DNA of 64,000 nt. Origin: Camelus dromedarius. Lineage: Eukaryota. The notes under the pieces were generated by a model, which worked only from the letters and a program-made list of their open reading frames with translations, did no database searches and was not told where the DNA came from. The translations under genes were made by a program, and so were the position numbers. Where the stretch lies: assembly GCF_036321535.1 (NCBI RefSeq), contig NC_087438.1, positions 13,890,001-13,954,000 on the forward strand, given 5' to 3'. This document shows, in pieces, positions 26,501-40,215 of the stretch. Numbering within the stretch: the first letter of the stretch is position 1; the number at the start of each line of letters is the position of its first letter.

Positions 26501-28599
26501 AAATCTATATTTCATCTGAGAGTAAAGATCAGATTTTCCACCATCCTTCACTGCCTTGCAGACCAAGTTGAAGATTTCTGGCTTAAACTAATAGTCATTG
26601 TATTTGCAATTAAATGCACTTAACAAAGACAAGTGATACTCCAGACAGCATTTGCCAAAAGTCAAGAGAGCAAATAGAGTTGGAGTTCTGAATTAAAAAT
26701 ATATATATATAGCAGAACAGCTTCTATAAAGAATCTAAATTAACACAGGGACCACAGGAAGAAAACCCGAGAAAGACAGCTAAGAAGAACATCCCTAGCT
26801 CCAGAAGTTTCTGTCAGAGGAAAGAGTGCATCAACTTGCATTCATCCTTATCTTTTTCCCTCTTCTACCCAGTCAGGCTCCATTAAACAATGAATGAAAG
26901 TTATCAAAGTGTATTTACAATGTACCACACCATGGACCGGTGAATTCAGCTTGGCAATTTTCTGATGAAGGCATGATGTGGACAGGGATGTGTAGATGCT
27001 CCTGTAGGCTGATTTATAGAGCAATGCTAATTCTGATCTTTGGGAAGATTAGCTGTTCTGCCTTGCTGGCTAAAGTGAGATGCTTCAGAGATTAAATAAG
27101 GTTTTAAAGGACTGTTTTATCTATTTCCTGCCATCTGAATGAATGCCTCTTAAAAGTTAAAATCCATAGACTTATATAGTTTAGTTTTCAAATTGCAATT
27201 ATTTATAACATAAGATATATAGCAATGAGGTAACTCTGAGACTGATTATTCCAATTCGCAGAATCAAGAAATTAGATAAATGCAAACATGAATGCATTTT
27301 GGAGGAAGTGTAGACAACATTAGAAAATAAATTCAGGGAAGAAGGTGAAAGATGATTTGAACTCATTAAGGGGCAAGGTTAATTTTAGTAGATCATCCTA
27401 CCATTTACACAATTAAAACACTTATCTTGAAAATACCTCCTCTTTTTGTGTTTGGTGTGTGTAATGTAGAATAGAGAACGTTAATTGCACACTTGTGCAC
27501 ACTTACGTGCATGTTCTATTTTGTCTTCATTTTTTCACAAACGACATCAAATTAATTGAGGCCATACAGGGTGGTAAGATCCCTATTGTCTCACAATCTA
27601 TCCTTGTATTTTGAATTATGTGTATATTCACGCCATCCATCACTACTCTCATTTTTTGCAAACAGGATATAATTTCCTACTTTATAAAGACAATAGTTGT
27701 CCATAGGCAAGGACCCCCTTACCACTCTTCACACATACACATACTCCAGCTAGATCATTGCAAACCTATTTGCCGACATCTGTTTCTCCCTCCTGTTTGA
27801 TTTTGGCAAAGAAGGAGGCATCATCATAGCTTCTTTCTTTCCATCTGTGATCCAAAGCCTATACAGGGCCTACTCTACCTCAGTGCATCTTTTTAAATCA
27901 GTTATCGTCTCTTTAGTAACCTCAGTTTCTTGTTTCTATTGACCTTCTATCCACCTGTATAGAGACACACTTTCAATCTCCCACTCAACATTAAAATCTT
28001 CATCTTGTGATGTTTGCATTTATTTCCATTATAAAATTTCCTCCCCACTTTACCACAAAGCTTCCCAAAGAGGATGGCATATTTCTTTTTCATTTTTTTC
28101 TCCCATGTCCATGCTTCTAATTTCTCCCCACCACATGAAATTTGTTCCTCTCTGCACTGTAGCAAATAATTAAATATATATATATATATATATTTCCATC
28201 TAAATCTGTAAAATGAGTAACTGTTCAGACTCTGAAGAGATAGACTCCTGAGTTCAATTTTCTGTCAATGAACTTCCACCTGGGTGCAGTTCTTTTTCTC
28301 TCTGTGATTCGGTTTCTGTAGCTGAATTGCAGTTTCTGTTTTATTAGTGAGAGTAATAACTCTCCTTATATCCTGATGTCCCAGTCAGATTTAAAGGAAT
28401 GATAATAGGTGGATTAGCTCCATAAAGACCTGGAAAAAGTGCTTAAAACCCATCCTGACAAAGAGGAACCACTTAACAAACTTAGACGCCGTTCATACCG
28501 TTTTTGTGATGATGATGACACGATACTGATGCTGTATTGAGCTGAAAACAGCTTGTGACAAGCATCCTGCCCTCCCATTTGCCAAATCAGATTAATATT

Positions 28600-29470
28600 T
28601 ATAATGCTAAACTTGTTTTAAATTTCTAGAATACTTCACATTTTTAATGACTATCTTCCTCCTGGACAGCCTCCCTCGGGAATTTTCAGTGACAAAAGTT
28701 TCTTCTATTTTTTTGAAATTTTCTTCCCAGGCTCTATTTCTTTCCTTCCTTCTGCTTGTTTCTTAAACCCTGCTGTTCCCTAGGTTCAGGATTCATGTTT
28801 CAGGAAGAATTATTCATCTGTTTACTGGAATTTACCTGAGTGAAGAAGCCATCCAAGGAATGAAAAGCAGGCAGTCCTCACTTCATCTTAAAATGGTCTG
28901 GTCCTCATGTAGTTTACGTCAATGATTAGACAGAAATATTGCCATCAAACAAGACCTAGTCACGTCCCGCTTCGACACTGTCAATGGCTCTCCACTGGGT
29001 AAAATCGAACAAAGCCCTTTGTGTTCTTGAACCCACTAGCTCCTTCACTCTCTTTGCTCCAGAATCAAGGATCCTTGAATGTGCCATGCTCCACCCTACT
29101 CAGATTCCTTGTTTTGTTTTGTTTTGTTTTTTCCCTCTTCCTAGAATGTTCATCCTTACATTCTTTACCTGGTTACCTCCTAGGTTTCCTTCAGTTCTCT
29201 GTTCAATCATCCCTGAGTATCAGACAGGACCAAATATCCTAGATTTTTTTTTCCCCGATAGCACTGTATAACTCTCCTTCATAGAACAGTTTTTATTATC
29301 TCTGTAAGAATGCATGTGACATTTGACTGGTGTCTCTCCACTTCCACAGATTGGAAGCTCTATGCAGACAGAGACTAACTTTGGCTCTGTTCTTGCTTGC
29401 ATGGCTTAAATTAGAGCTCAGTGATCAGCATGAAGAGGTACTCAAAATATATATATTTGTTAAATAAAGA
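28600..29470 (+). mobile_element. L2 LINE 3' region
   Basis: tcaatggctctccactg, ttcctagaatgttc, ggaagctctatgcagacagagac, aggtactcaaaatat...ttgttaaataaa (L2 3' tail). Confidence 0.7.
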
Positions 29471-29815
29471 TATAGAAATTGACTATTTTTATTAACACAT
29501 TTTTGATCCAGGTTTGACAATCTCAGGGGAAAAGAGATTAAAATGAAAAAAAAATATGTTAGATGAAGACATTCATATTTCATATAGACTAGTGATGACT
29601 ATTTCTATGTAAGTATTTACACAGTTTAAGTTCTACTTTGTAGCCTCCTTTTGTAGCAGCCAAAAGATATATTAATTCTCAACTTTAAACCAATATAAAA
29701 TTGTGATTATTTTATTAATGAGACTTTATATACTGCAAATTAAAAAGTATATATAAAACACACAAATAGATAGATAGCTAGATGATAGATAATACATATA
29801 GACACAAATAAACAG

Positions 29816-29862
<47 letters not shown>
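29816..29862. repeat. Perfect (GATA)11 tetranucleotide microsatellite
   Basis: Eleven uninterrupted GATA units plus GAT; degenerate GATA units also at about 29767-29790. Confidence 0.95.
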
Positions 29863-29904
29863 TGATTCACATCAATATTACAGTAGAACATCAGAATAAA
29901 ATTT

Positions 29905-30090
29905 CTCAGCCCATGTTCTAAACATATTATACAGAAGAATCATCTGGAGTACTTGTTAAAAAGGCTAATTCCTCAGCTTCATTCCAGCCTTTCTGAATCA
30001 AAATATAATGAAGGTCAGGCCTAGGGACCTGAATGTTACTATATTGCCAAGCTGAAATTGTTAAACATTTAAAGACTGAGACAGACTGCA
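29905..30090. mobile_element. MER5-like hAT MITE
   Basis: agaatcatctggagtacttgttaaaa...ctgaatcaaaat...ggcctagggacctg. Confidence 0.6.
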
Positions 30091-30665
30091 TTAGGAGTTA
30101 CATTTAAATCCTTCTTTGCTAATTGTCTGTGTTCCACTTCATTTTTACACGGTCGTGAACATTACGTTCTTTAAAAAGCAAAAAAAGCAATAGATTTAGT
30201 CCAATGACAAATTCTTAGGAATAAAAAAAGAATTGAGGGAGAAGGTTAATGGTTTCACTCAAGGATCCATGACCTTCAAGCGAACTCCTGTCTCCTAAAG
30301 ATTGTTAGCCAACATGGTGAAGATTTTTACATTAGACAGAAAGTCTCTTAGCGTTACTTAGATTAGTACAATACAGAGTAGTGACGTTAATAGAACTGGC
30401 ATTCATGATGAGTCTGTTATCTGAAAATAAAGATAAGGGGAGACATTCATAGTGTATTCTACATCCGACCTTCCCATCATACTGAAATATACTTAAGATT
30501 TAAAGAGTTAGACATAACCATAATTAAAATGTAATTATATTTCAAAGAAGACACATTTTATCATTTTAATGACCTGACTATATAGCTCATTCATACCTCT
30601 GCCAAATTTCCATTCATGGAAAAATGAGTGAATTACCTAAATCACTAACAGAATGTTCTTTTTAC

Positions 30666-30853
30666 CTTCTTTAATGAAAGGATCCCTTCTCTGGTCTCTT
30701 TGTCAGTGGAGATGGAGAATATCCCAACACCATCACCGTTAATGATGGAGTATGTCATGTCAGCATTTGAACCAGTGTCTGCATCATTTGCCTTGATTTT
30801 CCCAACAGCTGAACCAACTTGAGCTGACTCAGGAACATACAGTTGATAATGCT
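30666..30853 (-). CDS. CDH18: CDH18 coding exon, 188 bp (EC3 first part: VPES, DAD motifs)
   Basis: Minus strand: acceptor atctttcag|AGCATTAT (A+AG = Lys with the previous exon), donor AAGAAG|gtaaaa, phase 1 to phase 0. Lies inside ORF 30645..30869. Confidence 0.96.
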
Positions 30854-31639
30854 CTGAAAGATATTTCATATTACACTTATTTGATGATGTTAATGATCAT
30901 AAAATAACAATACTACAAGAAAAAGACATTAACATATTTAGACCATACATCTATTTATATTTGCATCTATTTCATAGAGATTTACATTTCCCTGCAGGCA
31001 CTTATGAAATAGATATTAAGCATAACTGACCGGTTGTTACCAGTTGTTTAATCGTCAAGTTAGAAACATATCTATCGCAGCTATTTATTTTTTATAGCAA
31101 ACCTTAAATAGTTATATAAGTGACAGAAACTTTGAATTAAGAAGATTTTATTAAAAAGTGTCAACCAAGATTAAATTAATGGCGATTCAACGTTACACAT
31201 AAATATAATTAGACTATATAAATATGTAACTATAGATGTGGAAGGAACATCTATAAAAATAATTTTCCTAAGCTAATATTTTGGTAGTTGTGGTATGATA
31301 ATTTTTTTTTAAGTTTGTGCATCTGGTAAGTGTATGGAGTATTCCAATTTGCTTCTAAACGTACAATTGAATGTTTTAAAGCATTATATATAGATACAAA
31401 AAGTTGACCTGTATGTATGTATTTGTGTGTGTGTAGCTGTGTTTATTCATTATTCAATAAAGACTTTTTTTCCCAGTTCTCTTCTATAAACATTTCTGAT
31501 GCTGACATCAAATACTAATTTTTAGTTCAACAGCCCTTACCAACAGAACATTTCATGGGTTGAGTACCTTCTTCCATGAAACACGTGATCCCCTGATCTT
31601 AGTCACATGCTTGTATCAGGATCTATTATACTTTTAAAG

Positions 31640-31915
31640 ACTCTATCTATCCTGATATAGTTCATTGACATGGGAAGAACATGAGATCCAAATTTTATAG
31701 GTTACAAAAGCACCGTGGCTACTATCATGTGTACTCTTCCTCACTTTCCCTCAGATTGCTCCCCTGGGGGAATCCAGCTACCAGGTTGTACTGAAGCTCT
31801 ACTGAGTAGACTATGTGACAAGGGACTAAAAACTGACAACAATCATGTCTGTAAGCTGAAGGCAAAAAGCATCCCTGCCTCCCTCTAGGCTAGAGGCTAC
31901 CATACCAGCCAGTGA
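31640..31915 (+). mobile_element. Old MaLR LTR fragment (MLT1F-like)
   Basis: ttgctcccctgggggaatccagctaccaggttgt...atgtgacaagggactaa...aacaatcatgtctgtaagc. Confidence 0.5.
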
Positions 31916-31917
31916 TC

Positions 31918-32612
31918 ATGTTCCTTGGTTTTTACTTAAAGGAATTGAAAACTTCTCTCCATGTAAAAACCAACACATGGATTTTTATAGCAGCTTTATT
32001 CATCATGGCCCAAACTTGGAAGCCACCAAAATTTCCTTTAGTAGATGAATGGATAAACAAACTGTAATACATCCATAAAATGAAATATTATTGACTGTTA
32101 AAAAGAAATGAGCTTGCAAGCCTTGTAAAGACATGGAGGAAAATCAGTGCATATTACTAAATGAAAGAGGCCAATCTAGAAAGGCTAACTACTGTATGAT
32201 TTCAATTAAACGATATTCTGGAAAAGGCAAAACTGTGGAGACAATAAAAAGATTAGCAATTGCCAGGCCTGGGGTGGGGAGAGATGAATAGGCAGAGCTA
32301 AGAGGAAGTTTAAGACAGTGAAAATATTCTGTGGGATACAATAATGGTGGTCACTCTACATTATACATCTGTCCAAACCCACAGAATATGCAATACCAAG
32401 AGTTAACCCTAAGTTAAACTATGGATTTGGGGTGATTCTTATGTGCCAATGTAAGTTCACCCTTGGTTAAAAAAATGTGCAATTCTTGTGATTGATATTG
32501 ATAATGGGGGATGCTATGTAAGTATAGGGGCAGATGATATATGGAAAGTCTCTGCATCTCCCTCTCAAATCTGCTGTAAATCTAAAACTCCTCTAAAAAT
32601 AGTCTTATTAAA
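31918..32612 (+). mobile_element. L1 3' end (L1MC-like)
   Basis: atagcagctttattcat, gatgaatggataaacaaactgt, tgcatattactaaatgaaagaggccaatct, gtccaaacccacagaat...aagagttaaccctaa. Confidence 0.85.
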
Positions 32613-32937
32613 AAGGATTATGTTTTAGAAATAATTATTAAACATGAGTTTAAAGGTGATATGATGTAACTCAAAAGGGTAATTCTAAGTATTGTAGGTA
32701 TTCTAAAAAGTATATAATAAAGACTATAAAATGCCCAAATTAATCCAACCTAATATCATGTATAAAAACAAAGTATTCAAAACGAAGTGTCTACTAATCA
32801 CTATAAAATAGCTGATGGATAATATTTATAAATCAATGGCAGTTTAGGATAATTTTTTAGAATTTCTAAGGACTGAACAAATAGCCAGATACTTTAAAAA
32901 TACTCTAAATTTCAGGAGAATAAATGTGATGAGTCTC

Positions 32938-35320
32938 TTTTTTTTAGACAGCTTTATTGAGGTACACTTGATATGCAAAGAACTGTACATATTTAATGTG
33001 TACAATTTCATGAAAGTTTGCAGAAAAGCAAACACTGGTGATATCATCATCAAAATCGAGGTAATAAACACCTCCAATGTTTCCTAAAGTTTCCTTGCAT
33101 TGCATTTTTTGTTTTGTTTTGTTCTGTTTTTGTAGTAAGAGCACTTAACATTAGATCTACTCTACTAACAAATTTTGAAGAGCACAACACTGCATTGCTA
33201 ACTAGAGACATTATGTAGTACAGCAGAACTCTAGAATCTATTCATCCAGCATAACTAAAAGTTTGTATGGAATGAACAACAAAGCCCCATTTTCTCCTTC
33301 CACTATGCCCTCTACAATCACTATTGAATTAGATGCTTCTACAAGTTTGACTATTTTAGAAACCTCATATACATGGAATCATTTGTCCTTTGTGACTGAC
33401 TTATTTTACTTAGGTTCATCCATGTCATGCATGGCAGAATTCCATTCTTTTTAAAGGTTGAATAATATTCCATTGTATGACTATACCAAAACAAGCTAGG
33501 TTTAGAAGGAAGGTACCTCAAAATAATAGAGACATTAGCTCAGGGCTAATATCATACTCAATGCTAAAAAGATTGAAACATTTTTCTCAAAGATCTAGAG
33601 GAAGACAAGGAACTCATTCTCTCCACTTCTATTCGCCATTGTACTGGAAGTTCCAGCCAGAGAAATTAGGAAGGAAAAAATAAAAAGGAATCCAATTAGA
33701 AAGGAAAAAGTAAAATTATCTCTGCAGAAGACATGATCTTATAGGTAAAAAACCCTAAAGACTACATAAACCAAAAACAAATAAACAAATAAAAACCCTG
33801 TTAGAATGAAAAAAACAAATTCAGTGAAATTGGCACTTTACAAAGTCAACACACAAAGATCAGTTGTGTTTCTATCACTAACAATGGACAATCCAAAAAG
33901 GAAATTCAGAAAACCATCCTATTTACAATAGCATCAAAAAGAATAAAATACTTAGGAATAAACTTAAGCAAGGAGTGTACTGGAAAGTCACTGTGTACTG
34001 GAAACTACAAAACACTGATGAAATAAATTAAAGGAGACACAAATAAATTGAACTACATCCTATGCTGAGGGACTAAGAGGCTTAATATTGTTAAAATGTC
34101 CATACTACCCAAAGAAACTTACAAATTTAAAGCTATGTTAGCCTAACCACAATTCAATGACACTTTTTTCACAGAAATAGAAAAGAAAAAAACCTATCTT
34201 ACAATTTGTATAAACTACAAAATACCCAGAATAGATAAAATAATCCTGAGAAAAAAGAACAAAGCTGGAGGCTTGACACTTCCAGATTTCAAAATGTATT
34301 ACAAGTCTACAATAATTAAACAGTATCATACTGGCACAGACATATAGACCAATGCAACAGAATTAAACCCATGCATATAGGGCCAATTGATCTTTGGTGG
34401 GGGTGCCAAGAGTAAAAAAATATGGGGAAATGATAGTTTCTTCATCAAATGGTATTGGGAAAATTAGATATACACATGCAAAAATGAAATTGGACTTCTA
34501 CCTTGCACTATATACAAAAATGACCACAAAATAAATGAACAACTTAAATGTAAGACCAAAAAATGCAAAATTCCTAGAAGAAAACATGTGAAAAAAGTCT
34601 TCTTGATGTTGATCTTGGCAAAAAATTCTTGAGTATGACACCGAAAGCAAAGGCAATAAAAAGTGAAAGCAGATGAGTAGAATTACATCAAACAAAACAC
34701 TTCTGCACAGCAAAGGAGACAATCAACAGAATGAAATGGCAACTTACAGGATGGGTGAAAATATTTGCAAACCACTTATCTGATGAGGGGTTAATTTCCA
34801 AAATGTTTAAGTAACTCCTACAAATCAACAGCAAAAAACAAACAAAAAACAATGAATAACCCAATTTTCAAAATAAGCCAAGGACTTGAACAGACATTTT
34901 TCAAATAAAGACATACAACAGGTGTATGAAAAGATGTTCAACATCATTAATTATCAAGGAAAAGCAAATCAACACCATAGGAAGAGATCTTCTCATACCT
35001 GTTAGGTTGTCTATTATCAAAAACCAAAATACAAAAAGTGTTGGCAAGGTTATGGAGAAACTGGAATCCTTGTACTCTGTTGGTGGGAATGTAAAATGGT
35101 GCAGCAACTAAGTAAAATACTGAGATGCCTCAAAAATTAAAAAAAAAAATAGAACTACAATATGATCCAGCAATCTCACTACAGGGTATATATACCAAAG
35201 TATTAAAATTAGGATCTCAAAGAGAAGTCTGTATTCTCAGGTTTGTTGCAGCATTATTCACAATGGCCAAGATAAGGAAATAATCCGTTTCTATTGATAG
35301 GTAAATGAATAAAAAGAATG
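32938..35320 (-). mobile_element. L1 (L1MA-like) with inverted 5' segment: 3' end on minus strand about 32938-33488, ORF2 segment on plus strand about 33489-35320
   Basis: T-tract followed by acagctttattgaggta (L1 3'UTR, reverse); strand switch after attccattgtatgactatacca; then forward ORF2 phrases (catactcaatg, ctggaagttccagccagag, aaaatacttaggaataaac, tatgatccagcaatctcact). Confidence 0.85.
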
Positions 35321-35693
35321 AATAAACAACCTATCTGGTAAGAAAAAATACCAGCAATTTGGAAAATAAAAATACTGAATGTGTATGTTATGTGTCTGTG
35401 TATGATATTCTAGCGAGATAATTATAAGATTAATAGAAGAGGAAACTGGGGGAAAAACAGATTTTATGATAAACGGAGAGAAACTCAATGAGCTTTCAAT
35501 GTCTCTAACAATAAAGATCACTAAGGACATAAAAGGTGGAGTTACTTGGAATTAATTCACTTCAGGGAAACAAAGATCTTTGTGGGTGGGGTTCTTCTAG
35601 AGTAGAAAGCATAATCTAAAAAGCCTAGTGTGCATTTAATGCTTAAATATTTTATTAGTATTTGTATTTAACATAAATACTCACATGTACCTT

Positions 35694-36326
35694 TGAAGGA
35701 GGCAGGGAGCAAGGGACCCAAAACTGGGACCTGTTGCCTAGAGACTTCTTTAAGGGTTTTAAAATTAACCTGTTTAAAGTTAACCTATAGTTGGCTTAGG
35801 TGATACTTTTGCTTGAATAATGAAAAAAACTCCCTTGAAGGACTAGAAAGCCGTGACTCGATCTAATCGATAGGACCACATGGTTTGAGGGTCTCGCTCG
35901 CACAGTCTAGCTTGACCACATGTGTTAGCTTGACTACATTGTCTGAGGCTCCCTAGTTACCTAATTTTAGCCTGACTGCGCTGTTTGAAGGTCCCTAGTT
36001 ACCTGATCTTGTTTTTGCAGAGTGTTTGTTTCACAGAGCAGAACGAGCTGGAAATGAAGCAGGAAAGGAGCAGGCAATGGAAAGAGGATAAGAAACACCA
36101 AAGGGGACAGATAAAAGGACCCTGTTAAGACCCCAAGAGCAGGGGTCCTTACGTCAAGTCACCTGACTCAAGTGTTTTTCCACTCGAGTGTCTTTTCCTC
36201 CTTTGAGCAATAAAACAGCTTTCATTCTGCCTCTTTGTTTCCACTGTGAATTCTTTCACGGCTGGAAGACAAGAACACACTCTTTGGGGTTTTCTCCATT
36301 TCAGGGGGCTTCCTTGCCCACTAACG
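35694..36326 (+). mobile_element. ERV1-type solo LTR (~630 bp)
   Basis: Starts tgaagg; internal direct repeats (tccctagttacct x2, agcttgacYacat x2); TATA-like gataaaagg near 36110; AATAAA near 36209; U5-like tgaattctttcacggctggaagacaagaac. Right boundary uncertain (36303 or 36326; flanks cctt/ccat). Confidence 0.75.
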
Positions 36327-37499
36327 CCATTGCAAATTTAATCCTCAATATAAAACCTTTATGTTCCATCATACTTTTAGGATAATGAGATTACCCATGG
36401 GAGGAAATATATACAATTATCCTAAAATAACAAAAGATATCAGACAAAACTTACTTTAAACATTAATTCTAACAACAACAACAAAAAAACCCCAAAACAT
36501 GCAAACACCAATCCTGGAGACATATAACATGTAGAATTACCTTTAAGAATTCTGACAACTGAGAGCCAACAGTCCATAAATAATTAGGTATTAATCATTT
36601 TTGAATAATAATAATACATGAACCTTTGTTTACCTGTTATTTTATGAAAATTGGCATTTCCTTGAAGAGTAAAAAACATTTGGGAGAAACTTTAAAAGAC
36701 AGGGGTCAAAATGTATTTATAAATCTTTGACTAATATTCTAAAGTTTTGCCACTGCTATTCATGATATAATTCAATCACATGGTCAGCTTATTATTTAGA
36801 AAACAATGCATTTTTATCTAAATAGGATTAACAAAGTCATAACTCCTAGAATCTTGGTATATATGGTAAATGATCTTATGCTTTTCCATGTTATTTTTAC
36901 TCAGTAATTGCTCTCTCTGGGGAAAAAAAAAATCACTTGTCTTAGATAACTTTAAAGTACAGTCTAATCAGCATTTCTATAGTTGCCAAAAAATTCCTCA
37001 GAGTCCTCTGCCTGAGTTCACGGAAAGGTTATATACTGCAAGAGTATTATCCAATTTTCAATAGGATTTAAAGAATACATTGAGATTTTGATTTCACACA
37101 CACTCATATGAACGTATATCCGAATTGTGTTAACAGTAAAGAATCACTGCAAAAAAAAATCCTTCATGGTAAAGCAAATTTTTGTTTTGTTGAGGGTTGA
37201 AGTAGGTAGTGACTTTTAAAATTATGTGCTACAAAAACTCCCTAAGTCAACCAAAGTGTCCATATTTGCATCACTATATATTGTGAGGAGAGGAGAAGAA
37301 GAGGAGAAGAGGAGAAGACTTTGATCAGCAAGATGATTTAATGCTGTTAGGTGAGCTCCATAACTTTGGGATGTATTTTGGTCTTTATACTAATCAAATA
37401 TCACCAGGATGTGGTTAGTTCCGGATGGTGTTTTAACTACTAAAACATGTTGAGATATTTTAACCTGAGTTCTGAATCTCTTATTTCCTAGTCATTAAA

Positions 37500-38570
37500 A
37501 GCTTTTTTTTTAAAACGTTTATTTTATTTTTTGTTGTTGCTTTTGAAGGGATATTTACATTCATAGTTTTTCTCCCTGTCCTCTCCTATGTATAAAATAC
37601 TATCTTGTTTATTGGATAGAGATTTTTCTCTTTTTCCTCATTTTTATATCATTGTTTTAATATTATTGTTGGTTCTTTTGATTGTTAATGCTTCCAACAC
37701 TGATCTTAATTAAGCATTTTCAGTTATCTAGAATTCCTAATTTATTTCCTACATCTTTCACACATCATCAGGGTGCCTGCTATTTTTTCTTAATTATTTG
37801 AACAAAATGCATTTGTATCAGAAACATTAAGTCTTCTTTTCCTATTACATTGAAGCTACTTTTGTTTCTATTATATTTAAAATGATAATTAGTTTTCTAA
37901 AAAGAAAATGTGTCGACTATCATTAGTATATCCCCAGACTTTTGGATTACCTGTAAAATTATCTTCTCTTTCATTACAGTAATATTGCATGCTCCTAAAT
38001 TTTCTGATTTTGTAATACAAAAGTTTTTTTATAACCTTCTAATCCCACTAATTATATATAGTTATCATTATAACTATTACATTTTTAAAATACTAGGTAA
38101 TTTATTTTCTCTATGTTTGTATCTTTTGCTTAAAAAAATCTAATGTTTATGTAGTGATATTGATCAATCATTTTATGTTTCCCGTCTTTCTTCTTTAACC
38201 TTCCTTTCATCTAATGCTATAAAATAATCTCATGTTTTCTTGTAAAAAACAAATAGCATATGCCCTTAATCAATTTGGTAAACCTTTTGGATGTCAATTT
38301 ACCTACTTTTACATGGGAGACCAATAGTACCAGAGCCTTTCATGTCATAATGTATTTTAATCTGTAACTCCAACTTGGACATATACCAAGTCATGGTCAA
38401 CATGACTCCACTTCCTAAGAGCGCTACAAAGTCCACTAGATTTATTTTTCAAACCAAATGGATGTTGATTTTTGTTTTATCAGCCCTGTCCCAATTATTT
38501 TTCCTAAAATGTACTTGAGTTTTTAGGACTATGCACTCTTTCATATAAATTTTTGGATCACTCTAGATTG
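37500..38570 (-). mobile_element. Highly degenerate old L1 fragment
   Basis: T-rich plus strand with L1-like phrases (ttaatcaatttgg, ctctttcatataaatttt). Confidence 0.45.
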
Positions 38571-38759
38571 TTGACACCAGTAAATGTTACTTACCCTGTG
38601 CCAGTACCTAAAAGGTACTAAGACTACAATAAACAAAACAGATAAAAATCCTCATCCTTACGGAGTATGCATTTTTATGAGAAAGAAAGAAAATGGGCAA
38701 GATATATAAAACTATATAGTATATTATGCAGTGATAATGCTAAAGATAACAGATATAGT

Positions 38760-40215
38760 GTGTTTTCAATCAGCCATTTATGTGTTGATTGATCACCAAA
38801 ATATCTCGGTAGCTTCCAACCATAAATATTTATTTCTATCTTGCATCAACATAAGAACAATGACTAAGTGGATGTCATAGGGAGGATCGTGAACACAGAA
38901 TGAAGCCACTGAAGGGCATTTAAAGTGTCTTCTTAAACATGGTTTACCACATGTTGGCTCATATTCTGTTGGCAAAACAGTCACTGGCAAAGCATAAAGT
39001 TAAAGTAACAGGGACATATATGCCCCCTACAGGGAAAGCATGGTAAGGCAGGGAATAAACAATTGTGAGTAAATAAAACAGTCTGTTCACAGTGTGCTCT
39101 CTACACTCAAATAACTGTGTGCCCCGTAGAGGAAAAATCCATTTCTCTGTTCCCTGACCCCCCCCCCCAAACTCTTTAAATCATGGCACCAGGCTTGATT
39201 TCAACATCTTTTACTATAATCACACACAATCTGGCTCTTCTTGATCCGGAGACCACTGAATTAGGACACATTATTTTCCCCACCATAAATCTAACACATA
39301 ATTGGGGATTAATAAGGACAAAATTATAGAAATATAAGAGAAAAAATTTAAAAGAAAAAAATGGCAGTGGTTCATAGTCATTCAGGAATTATTCTGTGCA
39401 ATCATTACAAGGATTTCTGTCCCTAAGGCTCTGAGGCTAACTAATTTGTTGAACTTTTTCTATTTGCATTTTTAGCCCTGAAACTCATGAAATGTCTGGT
39501 TTCTTCCTCTTCCCTTTCATGTCTATTAGAAAAGACCAATATTTTTCCCTGAGCGCATCTCTTCCTTGTAGTACCTTATCAAATGCAGCTTATAACAATC
39601 AACTCATATTACACATACTCTCTCTTAAAATCTCTTCTCCTAAAACCACGAGTTCACATTAGGCACCTTTTCTGCCTTCCAAGTTATCCTAGGGAGGTAT
39701 TTATCAAAGCAAATGAGTCACTTTCTAGCATTATATAAGCTTTACTTCATACTGTGCTCTTCAAACACAATTCTGCATACTTTACTATTGTCATAGTGGT
39801 GGTGTAGGTGGTGACAAAACTTGCTTCTATAGAGAAATAGTATGGAAAGCATTATCACTTGGTTTATCAGTCAGCCTTTGTTGCATTGACAGGTAACTCC
39901 TGTACCTCAATGACTGACAACCGCAAACATCGTTTCTTCTCATTTTGCACGTCGCAGGAGATCTCCGGCTTGCTTCAGTTCTGCTGTGCTCTGTCCTGCT
40001 CACCTCCACTAAGTTCCAGTGTCTTCTCATTAGGCAGAAGGAGTGGCTTCTTTCTAGGTTATGCTGTTATCAGAGCAGAGGCCGAGAACAGGGGAAACTG
40101 AGCCAACTCATGCAAGCTCATTAAGCTTTATGCTCAGAGGTGATTTGCACTATGGTGTTTCATATGTCATTGACCAAGGCAAATTCATTGGTGAATCCCA
40201 ATGGCATAGAGACAC
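38760..40215 (-). mobile_element. Old MaLR (MLT1J/K-like) LTR pieces at about 38760-39090 and 39860-40215
   Basis: tatcagtcagcctttgttgc...ctcaatgactgacaaccgcaaacat; cattgaccaaggcaaattcat; ctcatattctgttggcaaaacagtcac. Confidence 0.5.

Noticed and set aside
30645..30665. Read-through tails after the 188-bp exon (VKRTFC*) and the 168-bp exon
   Set aside because: Short tails with no adjacent canonical poly(A) layout that I could see, unlike the case at 17830-17935.
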